Of a stretch of DNA of 64,000 nucleotides, positions 47,272 to 57,044 are shown in pieces. The stretch covers positions 3,786 to 67,785 of IMG/VR virus record IMGVR_UViG_3300028840_003067. One strand, written 5' to 3'. The position numbers and the translations under genes are program-made. This DNA is from a virus. The first letter of the stretch is position 1, and each line of letters starts with the position of its first letter. The notes beneath the pieces were generated by a model. That model was not told where the DNA came from. It was given only the letters and a program-made list of their open reading frames with translations, and did not search any database.

Positions 47272-47715
47272 TTAATTCGAACTTGTCTCACCCCGACTAT
47301 AGTTCCACAAGCCTTCGCTATAGTACGGTGCAGACTCTACGTCGATATGAATAAACGTGTCCGCAATGCCGACACGTGCGCCACACGACAATGCGATCTC
47401 CACGATCTTCCCACGCACCGCGGATGACCACCGAGATGTGTCAATATCCGCTGCGCGAGACTGGCTCTCGTATCCAGGGGTACACTGTCCGAGGACTCCT
47501 GGTACATGTGTTGACTGTTTCCCGCCACCTACCGAATCATTGTGCTTGACGCAACGTGCGCCGGACGTAATGACGAAAGGTACAGCGAGGTTCACCCTCA
47601 ACACATGGAGCAGATGCACGAGATCGGCTGCGATCTGTTCCTCTCGTGAGCCAAATCCACACCCACACTGACACGCAAACTCCTTTGCAGCAAAATATTT
47701 CGATCCGTGTAACAT
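47272..47715 (-). CDS. endolysin, peptidase M15A family
   Basis: F...EFACQCGCG, ITSGARC..HN..VGG...STH, AADI, FIHID. Confidence 0.9.
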   Translation of the reverse strand: MLHGSKYFAAKEFACQCGCGFGSREEQIAADLVHLLHVLRVNLAVPFVITSGARCVKHNDSVGGGKQSTHVPGVLGQCTPGYESQSRAADIDTSRWSSAVRGKIVEIALSCGARVGIADTFIHIDVESAPYYSEGLWNYSRGETSSN

Positions 47716-47724
47716 ACGTCTCCT

Positions 47725-48060
47725 TTACGTTAACTTCGGGCCAACTTCAAACTCACGAATCCCTGTCTGAGAAATCTTTTTTCCTGTTGATATCTCGGTA
47801 ATCTCAACTTGGGCCTGCATCGTACCAACCCCTAATTCTGTGCCGCTGAATTGATACTCCGCGCTGCCGTCATCTGCACCGGTCAACACCGTCATAGCGC
47901 GTGATTGAAGCGTTCCACCCTCGGCCTTAAACAGAAGGTTCACGGTATAGACACCATTCAAAGGAATGATCCCCTTGCTATATTTGTCTCGTGCTGTGAT
48001 ACGCAACACACTGCCTGTATCATTCTCTGTAAAATCGTAATTCACAACATCTTTAGCCAT
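47725..48060 (-). CDS. BppU-N-like virion protein
   Basis: ENDTG..L.IT..G..EY.F...L.VG...AQVEIT pattern. Confidence 0.6.
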   Translation of the reverse strand: MAKDVVNYDFTENDTGSVLRITARDKYSKGIIPLNGVYTVNLLFKAEGGTLQSRAMTVLTGADDGSAEYQFSGTELGVGTMQAQVEITEISTGKKISQTGIREFEVGPKLT

Positions 48061-48248
48061 TAGCTTACCTCTGTTCGTTCTGTCGGTTGCCCTAACACTG
48101 TTTCGGGAACCACCTTCCCAAAGTATACCTCAATTCGAGCCGTCGTCGTCAGGCATTCTTCCCTCTTTTTTCGCGCACCCCAATTCTCATCCTGAATGTA
48201 ATCCGTTTGGTTCTCTAGGTACCCCGAATCTAAATACGTCCATGCCAT
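48060..48248 (-). CDS. hypothetical protein
   Basis: Coupled in the late operon. Confidence 0.5.
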   Translation of the reverse strand: MAWTYLDSGYLENQTDYIQDENWGARKKREECLTTTARIEVYFGKVVPETVLGQPTERTEVS

Positions 48249-48250
48249 AA

Positions 48251-48952
48251 CTATGTCCAGAATGGGGGTTCTTTTTGTTTCGTTCCAATCGCTGTTGTTT
48301 GCATGTGCAAATCCACTTCATGTAAGAACGGTTCAGGAACGCCCCCGCCTGAGACCGTCATATTGTTTGCCGACAAAAACACGCGGCCAAGAATCAATGT
48401 ATCTGGTTCAATCAGTGCTTGGTCAACCGTTCCACCAGCCCCACCGATCGCTGTACACGCGACCTCGGCGATCATGTGCTGATACTGCACAAGGGGCGCA
48501 TTCTGAACGGCCAGCAACGTCACTGGTGTACTGAACGGCCCTCGATCATGGCTCAAGGCGGCTGAGAGTTCGAATCCCCACGTCACCGAGCCTCCTGTCA
48601 CGAGCGTACTGGCGTGAGACCAATGCGCGTGAATATAGACCACAGACCCCACCACATACTCATGTGGAAGATGGAACGTAAAAAAGCCGTGGTCGTTGAC
48701 CGCAAATCGTAACTGCCGATAACTTCCTTGATACGTGACCCACGACGGCTTTCCCGATCCGACTTCATCGATCCTCAACGGTACCGTCACATCACGCCAT
48801 GAGTACGACGGGGAGCCAAGACTATCGGTTCGTATTCCCGCGTTTTGTGTCTTCGGAACTTTCATGTCCACGCCATCACGAAGATCCGTGAGGTTCGTGT
48901 CCATTTCATTATGCGAAAGCGCGGCTCCCTTACCGGCTCGTGTCGTAATCAC
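48251..48952 (-). CDS. fibre-like virion protein
   Basis: ITTRAGKGAALSHNEMDTNL N-terminal motif common in phage fibres. Confidence 0.65.
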   Translation of the reverse strand: MITTRAGKGAALSHNEMDTNLTDLRDGVDMKVPKTQNAGIRTDSLGSPSYSWRDVTVPLRIDEVGSGKPSWVTYQGSYRQLRFAVNDHGFFTFHLPHEYVVGSVVYIHAHWSHASTLVTGGSVTWGFELSAALSHDRGPFSTPVTLLAVQNAPLVQYQHMIAEVACTAIGGAGGTVDQALIEPDTLILGRVFLSANNMTVSGGGVPEPFLHEVDLHMQTTAIGTKQKEPPFWT

Positions 48953-49293
48953 GAAATCACCATATCGAACTCAGCATCAGCGTGTACTGTCCGCTCTGAA
49001 AGTTGAACCTGTCGAATTGTGACGGGGAATTGGGCTGCGTGTGAGGCGACTAAGGTGACCTCTAATTCCTCGATCACGTTTACCGGCACAAATGCCTCGC
49101 CCTCCAACAACAACTCGAATTCAGACTGAGCAATTCTACGTAGACCTAAGTTTGCCACAGTCGGATACGAAATGCAAAACTGCGAAGTCGCGTAAACCGT
49201 TCTTATTGCAACGGTTTGTCCCTTTGGAAAGAGATCAAAGTACGCCGTAGGGATGCCAAAATAGTGCAACTCTGTTAAATCTTCGTTTGCCAT
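48949..49293 (-). CDS. hypothetical virion protein
   Basis: GAGG RBS, coupled. Confidence 0.5.
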   Translation of the reverse strand: MANEDLTELHYFGIPTAYFDLFPKGQTVAIRTVYATSQFCISYPTVANLGLRRIAQSEFELLLEGEAFVPVNVIEELEVTLVASHAAQFPVTIRQVQLSERTVHADAEFDMVIS

Positions 49294-49300
49294 AGCCTCA

Positions 49301-50005
49301 CTAGACTACGATGAGCGTGTCCCCTATCGATGGAAGCGCAGACAAGGACGTAATGGTGAGCTTCGCCGGACTCGCCCCCTGGCCATCGTAGGCCGTAATT
49401 CGTGCGGCTTCATGCTTGCGTGCGCCTGACGTAAACACAATCCGCCGACCTTGCAGGTTGGCCGTCTCCTCTTCTGAGAAGCTTGAGAATGTGACTTCAA
49501 GTTCTGAATTTGATATCACCGTGGCCACGGTCCCAAGGAGCATCGTCTCAGAGGCAATCCGCATGAGCGCCGGAACTGTCGTGGAGCCGTCAATCGAGAG
49601 AATGTTGGCATCGACCAACGTCGGTCCAGCCGCCGCTTCGTGGACAATCAGACCCGCGGCGTTTCCGACGATCATACTCATTCCACCATCGAAATTCGTC
49701 ACATCAGCGAAGTTATGGTTCGCGCCCTGCACTTCAACCGTGTAGGGTGTTCCTGTGTTCTCGAAACTGATCGTGTACCCGTTGATAATCTCAATAACCC
49801 GCGCATACGTGACACCCGACAACACCACTTGCGTATTGTGGCGATGGGTCGTCTCAAATGCGATACCTGCCGTGTCATCTTCCAGGTCTTTCAGAATCAA
49901 CCTGAACGCGTCGGCATCGAGGGTGTAGCGTGTCCCACTCACAAACGTCAGATCCGCTTGTGGGACATTGATGATCTTCTGGCCCCAATCAATTGTAATC
50001 GCCAT
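49301..50005 (-). CDS. hypothetical virion protein
   Basis: MAITIDWG..THRHNT.V..SGVTYARVIEIINGY. Confidence 0.6.
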   Translation of the reverse strand: MAITIDWGQKIINVPQADLTFVSGTRYTLDADAFRLILKDLEDDTAGIAFETTHRHNTQVVLSGVTYARVIEIINGYTISFENTGTPYTVEVQGANHNFADVTNFDGGMSMIVGNAAGLIVHEAAAGPTLVDANILSIDGSTTVPALMRIASETMLLGTVATVISNSELEVTFSSFSEEETANLQGRRIVFTSGARKHEAARITAYDGQGASPAKLTITSLSALPSIGDTLIVV

Positions 50006-50006
50006 A

Positions 50007-50228
50007 TTATGCCGTTGGGCCTCTCCCCATTCGTTCCACACGGAGGACGTTCACAAACTGTTCAAGCAATAACACACGATTTGTGAGGGTCGCAATCGTT
50101 GCGTGTAAGCCGGAGACTTGATCCTTAAACGCGGCAAGCTGCTCGTTCATTTGATGCAGCGTCACCATCACAGACTGCCCGTTTCGTCGTGCGAGGACCG
50201 CGTCTGATATGTCTCGTACCTCGCTCAT
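50007..50228 (-). CDS. small coiled-coil protein
   Basis: Heptad pattern. Confidence 0.5.
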   Translation of the reverse strand: MSEVRDISDAVLARRNGQSVMVTLHQMNEQLAAFKDQVSGLHATIATLTNRVLLLEQFVNVLRVERMGRGPTA

Positions 50229-50231
50229 CGT

Positions 50232-52586
50232 TTACTCGTCAGCAACCAACTGCACGTTCGCGGAAAATCCGGTGACGTTACTCACCGAGCCAGAGAACGG
50301 TCCTGTCTTATAGTACGGCGCGGTGGAACTTTTTCGAGCGCGACCGCTAAACGGCTGTGACGATGAGTAGACTCTTGACGTTGTCACGTTTCCGCTGGCA
50401 TCCGTCACATCATAGAGACACAAGAACGTGGACGTGATCGTCCCCGTTGGACTCGACCCTGGCGCAGACGGCATGACATAGGTGTACGTATTGGCACCTG
50501 TGACCGTGATCGAAAACGGCCCATTGTTCTGCCAGTGTGACGCACCGTTGATCATCACCTTATCGTTCGTGGCGAGGCCGTGAGCGGTATGCGTGACCGT
50601 GGCGGTCGTTCCTGAATTGCTGATCGACACGGACGCATCAACGGGGAATGGGCCACCTGATGTTGCGGCCATAATCACCCGCGCACCAGAGATATTTGAC
50701 CCACCTGTTGTTTTGACGTTGACCGTAATCGTGACGGACCCCGACACGATAGTCACCGTCGCGCCGTCACTCTTGTACGTCGGGGTCGTTCCACCCGTAA
50801 TATTCAGCGTCACCGTTCCGGTTGTTCGTCGAATCCAGATCGCAGCATCCTTGTTACCTGTCGAACCATATCCACTAAACGTCACCCCCGTCAATGTCAT
50901 GGTCGTCGGAGAATTGAGTCCGAACTCGATCGCGTGAGACGGGTTATCACCCTTCGTAAATGTCATCCCATCCAACTCACCGTCTGGATCGGAGTTCACG
51001 TCCCACACCATCGCAGCGGCTTCCACTAAGTTGTCAACGTCGGGAGTCAAGGTGAACCCTGTTCCTGACCCTGATGTATGGACCTGCGTGAGTGCGACAT
51101 TCTGTTTCGCGGCTCGTCCGTTCGCGACTGTAAATTGCGTCACGACACCTGCGCTGACTGCGTCTACCGTGAGAACCGAGCCGTCAGAAAGTGTGATGGT
51201 ATCCGATGCCGCGTATCCTGAACCGCCCGAAAATGTCCCTTCTGTCGTGGGGCTGTTATCGTAGCTCGTTTCATCCTGTGCATTAATAAGTGGTTGGCCG
51301 TGAAAGTTTGTGACCGCACTATCGGTAAACACCGCGCCATTCGCGACGATTCGTTTACACCCGACCCATCGGCACCCTAGAAGTTGCGCCGTACTTTGGA
51401 ACACCGTCTCACCGAAATCGATAAACCCGACGTTCGTAAATGCCAGATCCGGAGCCGTCACAATGTTGTCGGTATCGGGCGTCAAGGAAAACCCAGTGCC
51501 GGATCCCGTTGTCGATTGCTGAGTCATGGCGGTTCCTGCAACGGCAGAACGGCCATTCAAACTCGACACGGTAAATTGTGTCACCACTCCACCTGAGACC
51601 GCGTTCACGGTGACGGTTGTCCAACCATCACTCAAAGTAATCACATCGCTGACCGCATGGCCGGTCCCACCTGAAAATGTCCCTTCACTCGTCGGGCTGT
51701 TGTCGTAGCTCGTATGGGTTTGGCCGGTGATAAGTGGAGTCACCATCTCAAGACGACCACGATTGAACGTGCCTAGCGTAATGAAATTGACGTTCGTCAG
51801 GGTCCAGATCGAGAGATCATCTGAGAGAATAAACTCGGTAAAATCTTCGAGGGTATGGGTGTCCAGATTGGCGGTCAAAAAGATATTCGTATTCAAGTCG
51901 AGAAATTCACACTCAGTCCCGCTCCGACCAATACGAATCTTGCCTTGGATGGAATATCCTCCCGATGCCGGTTGGCAGATGCCTTCAGCCGTTGAGGTAT
52001 CATCAGCCGCGATGCCTGCAAACGTGGCTTCAGGATCCGCGCCCGTTCCACCAAGGATGGTATAGCCGGTTCCTTTACGGGCCGCGTCTGCGCCAAGGTT
52101 CGAGAATTTCGCGGTACCGGTTGTGAATGCTCCGCAGCCGATTTGACTCGGTGTGGTCCCAGGACTCCCAACCAATGTTTTTCGATTTGTGAATGCGGTA
52201 TTACTGAACCGAATCGCGTAGGGATTATGCCCACCGCGAGGAAGGGTGTCTTTCCCGTTGACATGGAACTTCACAAACGCGGTCGTCGAGTCTCCAATGC
52301 ACACCACAATGCCACGATTGTTGCGGGTATTCGTCAGACCTGGCACACCCACAATGACCCAAATAAAGAAGTGATCGTGTGGGCCTATCGAGAATGCGGA
52401 TCCACTGTTGTACAGAAACCCCTTCTCAGAGTTATCGATCTGTTTGTCAACCGCGTTCGTCCCTTCAATCGAATAGTCCGGTGATGCACCAAGTCCCGAC
52501 GCACCACCACCATACGCGGATACTCCGGTTGTCACTTCAAATAAGAAGATATCAACTAAATCTGATGTGTAGGATGCTGTTGCCAT
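50232..52586 (-). CDS. large Gly/Thr/Ser-rich virion protein with internal duplication
   Basis: 784 aa; two copies of SYDNSPT.EGTFSGG...GSGTGF.LTPD.DN. Confidence 0.75.
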   Translation of the reverse strand: MATASYTSDLVDIFLFEVTTGVSAYGGGASGLGASPDYSIEGTNAVDKQIDNSEKGFLYNSGSAFSIGPHDHFFIWVIVGVPGLTNTRNNRGIVVCIGDSTTAFVKFHVNGKDTLPRGGHNPYAIRFSNTAFTNRKTLVGSPGTTPSQIGCGAFTTGTAKFSNLGADAARKGTGYTILGGTGADPEATFAGIAADDTSTAEGICQPASGGYSIQGKIRIGRSGTECEFLDLNTNIFLTANLDTHTLEDFTEFILSDDLSIWTLTNVNFITLGTFNRGRLEMVTPLITGQTHTSYDNSPTSEGTFSGGTGHAVSDVITLSDGWTTVTVNAVSGGVVTQFTVSSLNGRSAVAGTAMTQQSTTGSGTGFSLTPDTDNIVTAPDLAFTNVGFIDFGETVFQSTAQLLGCRWVGCKRIVANGAVFTDSAVTNFHGQPLINAQDETSYDNSPTTEGTFSGGSGYAASDTITLSDGSVLTVDAVSAGVVTQFTVANGRAAKQNVALTQVHTSGSGTGFTLTPDVDNLVEAAAMVWDVNSDPDGELDGMTFTKGDNPSHAIEFGLNSPTTMTLTGVTFSGYGSTGNKDAAIWIRRTTGTVTLNITGGTTPTYKSDGATVTIVSGSVTITVNVKTTGGSNISGARVIMAATSGGPFPVDASVSISNSGTTATVTHTAHGLATNDKVMINGASHWQNNGPFSITVTGANTYTYVMPSAPGSSPTGTITSTFLCLYDVTDASGNVTTSRVYSSSQPFSGRARKSSTAPYYKTGPFSGSVSNVTGFSANVQLVADE

Positions 52587-52649
52587 GTGCCTCTGAAATG
52601 TACGCTACCCCTCTCGTCGTAAAGAGGGGCAGCACACATGGTTTGAAGG

Positions 52650-55229
52650 TTATACGTCTACTGTCCGAATGGCTGTCGTCGAGCCTCCCGCACTGGTAAG
52701 TGAGCCGGTCGTTTCGAATGTTTTGATCGGCGTACTGGCTCCGTCACGAACCCTGATGAACAGAGACCGTGTGGTGCTGAAGACGACGGTGAAGGATTCA
52801 CCGGTCCCCGTTGCCAGTTTATCGATGAACGATGAATAGACACCGTTCCCACTCGCCGCAGGGTCGGTCGCAAAGTCAGACGAAGAAATGTTAAAGACAC
52901 TTCCCGACCAACTTGTCACCGTCTCAAGCGAGTAAATCCCGCTATTCCGCATCACGCGGATCGTCGTGGTCTGTGGCGTATCGGAGTCAATCGTCTCATT
53001 GACCGTAATGGTCGTCTGGGTGCCGCTGTTATGGACCCCATTCAGTGAATACTGTTCGGTATCCACCGCTGGACTCACCGCGCCGTTCACATCAGCCGTG
53101 GCCAGTGATGAGACCCCATAGATTTGCTGCCCATCCACCGGAGGAACCCCCGATGTGACGCGAATCCGCATGTAGCCGGTCAACCCTTCATCGACAACCT
53201 CAAGGAGCTTCCCGACGTTTCCACCACCACTTCCAGGCCAATTGATCGTTTCATTATCTGTAAACGGCCCACCCGCTTCATTGTCGTACTGGAAGAAGTA
53301 CGCCAAGCGTGTGACCAAGACACGATCTTCACCGGACACTAGTCCGTTGACCGTGAATTGTACGTTATTCGGAGGCGTGCGCTGCGTGTTCGACAAATCG
53401 AAGAGCAAGTCACTCGCGGACAAGTCTGCCGATTCGACACCGGCACCGTAGCTCCCAATCAACGCGGACCCTGTTGAGACACCGATGAACGGAGTTGAAA
53501 TCGTTCGCTCGGTGACCGGTGTTCCCGTCGAATTGGCGGTAATCGTCCCACCCGCTCCTGTCACAACTTGTCCCGCTGTTGGTGCGACACCCGCCGTGAC
53601 CTGAATCCACGCATGAGTCGCGCTCATGGTTTCATCGCCGGATCCGGTCTCTAGCACCAATCCGCTTGTATCCGTCACGGTAATGATCGTCGCCGTCACA
53701 CTGTCAATGATCTTCGTGGTATTGTTCCCACCATTGGTGAAGGCCGCAGTCGTAATGTGCATCCCTTTGCGGTACCCGTCAGCCAGGAAGTCTCCCGCTG
53801 GACGAGTAAATTGCAACGAGCCATTGACACTCAGGGTTGTCGCCGCCGTGGACACATCCACATACGCCACGACTTGACCCGCGCCTCCGCTCGGCCATGT
53901 CACGCGCTCTGCGGTGGCGAGTCCGGATCCTGTTGGAGCCGTCTCACCCGCATTGATTTGATGGGTGATACCACGGAACAAGGCCCCTGGCATTCCATAC
54001 AACTTCGGTGACGTTAAGAAGCTATACGTTAAGTCCGAAGCCGCAGATGCCGCCCATGTGCCGGTATTCTCAGCGCGGTTGCCTGGGCTTGCGCCTGATG
54101 CCGCACCTTGCACATCAACATAATTCGAACCGTCTCCACCGGAGTACTCAATCGCCACGAAATAATTCGTGCTGGCAAGCGCCTCAAATGCCGTCGAAAA
54201 ATAAAACTCGATGCTCTGATACGAAGTCGTGAGGGTGGCCACGTCGAACGTGTCACTCGTCGCCAAGGCTGCGCCGGTCGGCGTTCCTGTCGAACCGAAC
54301 GTGCCGGTGTGTGCGTACACCTTGGCCGTCGCGGTGCCCGTCGGTGATCCCACCTTCTTCAGTGTGAAGAGGGCCTTCAGGATATACTGTGCCTTGGCCC
54401 CATGCGCGTAGGACTGTGCTTGACCGGTGATCGTCCCGTTACCGAGGGCGTAGTTCGTACCGGTGTTCGTGCCGGACCCTTCCGCAGTTGCGCGGCGAGA
54501 GAGCCACTTCGTCCGCTCATACAATTGATTGATAGTGAACGTGTCACGATTCCATTCACTGTAGTAATTTTCGGTGGGTGCTGAGCCGTCCACGTCAATC
54601 AGACGGTAGCCTTCGGTGTTCGTGATGGTATTCCATCCGGCAACCGTGGCAATCGCGGTTTGGTTGTTCAGGTCCGAGGCATACGTGAGCGCCATGACGT
54701 TGTTCCCACGCGCTGTCCCGTTGATCTTAAATTCAGAGGCGGTAAATCCGTGTTCTCGTGTGATCCCGATCAACCGTCGGCCATCAATATCCACACCACC
54801 AGACCGGACCTTCACCATGAATCGATGTGAGATACCGTTTCCCGCGTCGGCGTTCAAGCCGGTCGTCCAGAAATTCGGTGCTACCAATTCTTCGTTTTGG
54901 AGAATTTCGAGGTACATACCCGCGCCGGAAATGACCACGAGACCGTCGTAGATCGTATTGCCGTTGTCTTGCACGATAGATCCATCATACAAATGCTGCG
55001 CGGCAATATCGTCGATGTTGAATGGCGCATTGAGCGTAATCAAGTTGTCGGTCGCTCGCTCTGACGCGGTCGCATCGGTGATATCCAAGATATCGTTACC
55101 GGTGGCTTGAGCATCGTCCATCAAGTCTCCGAGCCAACGGTGAAATGCAATAACCGTATAATTTGTGCCTGATCCGGTATAACGAATGTCACCGTTTGCG
55201 GCGATACTGAAATCGTCACCAATAGCCAT
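52650..55229 (-). CDS. large Gly/Thr-rich virion protein
   Basis: 859 aa, AGGAG RBS, beta-rich modules. Confidence 0.75.
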   Translation of the reverse strand: MAIGDDFSIAANGDIRYTGSGTNYTVIAFHRWLGDLMDDAQATGNDILDITDATASERATDNLITLNAPFNIDDIAAQHLYDGSIVQDNGNTIYDGLVVISGAGMYLEILQNEELVAPNFWTTGLNADAGNGISHRFMVKVRSGGVDIDGRRLIGITREHGFTASEFKINGTARGNNVMALTYASDLNNQTAIATVAGWNTITNTEGYRLIDVDGSAPTENYYSEWNRDTFTINQLYERTKWLSRRATAEGSGTNTGTNYALGNGTITGQAQSYAHGAKAQYILKALFTLKKVGSPTGTATAKVYAHTGTFGSTGTPTGAALATSDTFDVATLTTSYQSIEFYFSTAFEALASTNYFVAIEYSGGDGSNYVDVQGAASGASPGNRAENTGTWAASAASDLTYSFLTSPKLYGMPGALFRGITHQINAGETAPTGSGLATAERVTWPSGGAGQVVAYVDVSTAATTLSVNGSLQFTRPAGDFLADGYRKGMHITTAAFTNGGNNTTKIIDSVTATIITVTDTSGLVLETGSGDETMSATHAWIQVTAGVAPTAGQVVTGAGGTITANSTGTPVTERTISTPFIGVSTGSALIGSYGAGVESADLSASDLLFDLSNTQRTPPNNVQFTVNGLVSGEDRVLVTRLAYFFQYDNEAGGPFTDNETINWPGSGGGNVGKLLEVVDEGLTGYMRIRVTSGVPPVDGQQIYGVSSLATADVNGAVSPAVDTEQYSLNGVHNSGTQTTITVNETIDSDTPQTTTIRVMRNSGIYSLETVTSWSGSVFNISSSDFATDPAASGNGVYSSFIDKLATGTGESFTVVFSTTRSLFIRVRDGASTPIKTFETTGSLTSAGGSTTAIRTVDV

Positions 55230-55246
55230 ATCTATTCTCCTTTACG

Positions 55247-55279
55247 AAAAAAGGCTAGGGCTGAGATTCAACCCTAGCC
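55247..55279 (-). terminator. intrinsic terminator after the head decoration gene
   Basis: GGCTAGGG/CCCTAGCC stem followed by T6 on the minus strand. Confidence 0.8.
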
Positions 55280-55309
55280 CAAATTCTACTCGACAGGTAT
55301 CGTCGTAAC

Positions 55310-55717
55310 TTACACAGTAAAGGCAGGAGTTTGATCCGGCTTATACTGCTTGTTGGACAACAGAACCGTCACACCGTGATCAGCAACGAAAGTCGCTTGC
55401 ACAGTCGAGACGATACGGATGTACCGCTTCGCGGTGTTACCATCCAATTTGACCATCCCAATGTCAGCGGAATTGTCATCCGTAGCGGTCTTCTGTACAA
55501 AAGCCGCGCCGACAATGTCAGCCCAACCCGTCGACCCATCAAGGGAATCCTGAACTTTTACGTCCAGCGTACCCGTTGCATTTCCGAGAGCCAAACAGAT
55601 CGTCGCTTCGCTGTAGCCAACGGTATCAATCGAGGGACCGTTGATCGTTCCAGCAGCGGAACCAGCGACACCGTACTTCGGGGTGTGGTTATGAGCGATA
55701 TTCACGTTTGCAGACAT
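55310..55717 (-). CDS. head decoration protein
   Basis: Directly after MCP; NG..IDT.GY..VKVQDS.DG..W.DI..KRYIR pattern. Confidence 0.7.
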   Translation of the reverse strand: MSANVNIAHNHTPKYGVAGSAAGTINGPSIDTVGYSEATICLALGNATGTLDVKVQDSLDGSTGWADIVGAAFVQKTATDDNSADIGMVKLDGNTAKRYIRIVSTVQATFVADHGVTVLLSNKQYKPDQTPAFTV

Positions 55718-55745
55718 ATTAAAATCCTCCTTCGTTTTCGGTTCA

Positions 55746-55779
55746 GAGAAGTGGGGAGAAAATCTCTCCCCACATTCTC
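55746..55779 (-). other. stem-loop after the major capsid gene
   Basis: GAGAA-GTGGGGAGA..TCTCCCCAC-ATTCTC. Confidence 0.6.
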
Positions 55780-55786
55780 AGTTTAA

Positions 55787-57013
55787 TTACAGCGTCGCGT
55801 TGAGTGTGAATCCATGACAGAAGGACTCAGGGTGTCTCACCATGCAATCCACTTCCGTCACGAACCGCACCCAGGTCTGGTTCTTGGCGAACGCATCACT
55901 GGCTTCCTGCGAGGCCATGATGGTCAACCCTTGCCACATACCAACGATCAGTTCTGACCAGTTGGCGAACAACACGCTGACCGTATCCGGTGAACCGGTC
56001 GTGATCGGCAGGTTGGTTGTCGCAGCATACGGATAGCCGATGTAGTTCGCCAACTGTGACTGTGTCACAGGGCTGGCGACAAACGATCCGGCTTCGTCAG
56101 CGGCAGACACCGCATCGACGCGGCCTTGCGACAACATCTTCTTCACGCGGGGATGCCACGCGAAGGCGAGCTTCCCACGGAGTGAGTTGGCTTCGGCCAA
56201 CTTGTTTTCGAGTTCGTACAACTCAGTCCAAATATCTGCTTTGCTGGCCACCGAGGACAGGTCGTGGGACAGAATGCCAGGAACGTTCAACACGCCCAAC
56301 GGCTGACCGTTCGCACCGACACCCGTCAACGCGGCGATATCGATGGCTTCCGCCACCGCGAAGGCCACGTCCTGACGAACGAGAGCTTCAATGGACGGAT
56401 TGCTCATGCGAAGCAGTCTGTTCGACAGCTTCACAAGTGCCGCCGCCATATGCGGAGTCATCTGGCTCTGCTTGAGGGTCAAGTCAGAAGCGGTAATCCC
56501 GTTAGGATTATCCTCTCCGAGCCAGTAGACCGTTGCTCCACCAGCTTGACCAGGAACTTCAACCGGCGAACCCATCAACCCTTCGATGTAGTTTGCGCCA
56601 AGCTGCCTGGTGACGAGATTAGCCCGAAGCAATTCGAGGAAATCTCCAAGCACCTGAACAGGCACCACGTACCCACCGGCAGTATCAACTTCCGTGGACA
56701 TGGTTTTCTTGAGGTCGGACGTATTCTGAAACACTTCCTTCTCGAAATCAGCCCCGCGCCACGACTTCGTCGCAATGGCGTTCACCGCACGCAGCAACGA
56801 GAACTTATCCTTCTCAAACTCCAAGCCAGGGAGCGAAGCTTTCTTCGCAGGCTTCTCGGCCTTGATCTCACCCATTTCGGCTTTCATCTTCACGTAATCT
56901 TCACGAAGGCCCTTGATCTCGTCCTGAATCGCCTTCACCGTCTCGGCATCTTTGCCGATTGCGGAATCCAGCTTCCCGTTCAGGTCTTCGAGTTTCTTCA
57001 TCAATTCATCCAT
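55787..57013 (-). CDS. HK97-fold major capsid protein
   Basis: Coiled-coil delta domain, GGYVVP, LSNRLL, G.G...QPLGV, F.KNQT..R. Confidence 0.95.
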   Translation of the reverse strand: MDELMKKLEDLNGKLDSAIGKDAETVKAIQDEIKGLREDYVKMKAEMGEIKAEKPAKKASLPGLEFEKDKFSLLRAVNAIATKSWRGADFEKEVFQNTSDLKKTMSTEVDTAGGYVVPVQVLGDFLELLRANLVTRQLGANYIEGLMGSPVEVPGQAGGATVYWLGEDNPNGITASDLTLKQSQMTPHMAAALVKLSNRLLRMSNPSIEALVRQDVAFAVAEAIDIAALTGVGANGQPLGVLNVPGILSHDLSSVASKADIWTELYELENKLAEANSLRGKLAFAWHPRVKKMLSQGRVDAVSAADEAGSFVASPVTQSQLANYIGYPYAATTNLPITTGSPDTVSVLFANWSELIVGMWQGLTIMASQEASDAFAKNQTWVRFVTEVDCMVRHPESFCHGFTLNATL

Positions 57014-57044
57014 ATCCGTATCCTCCTCGTATAAAGCGAGACGA

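Noticed and set aside
56264-57034. Long + strand ORFs opposite capsid, tape measure and tail genes
   Set aside because: Antisense to well-supported structural genes, without RBS or motifs.
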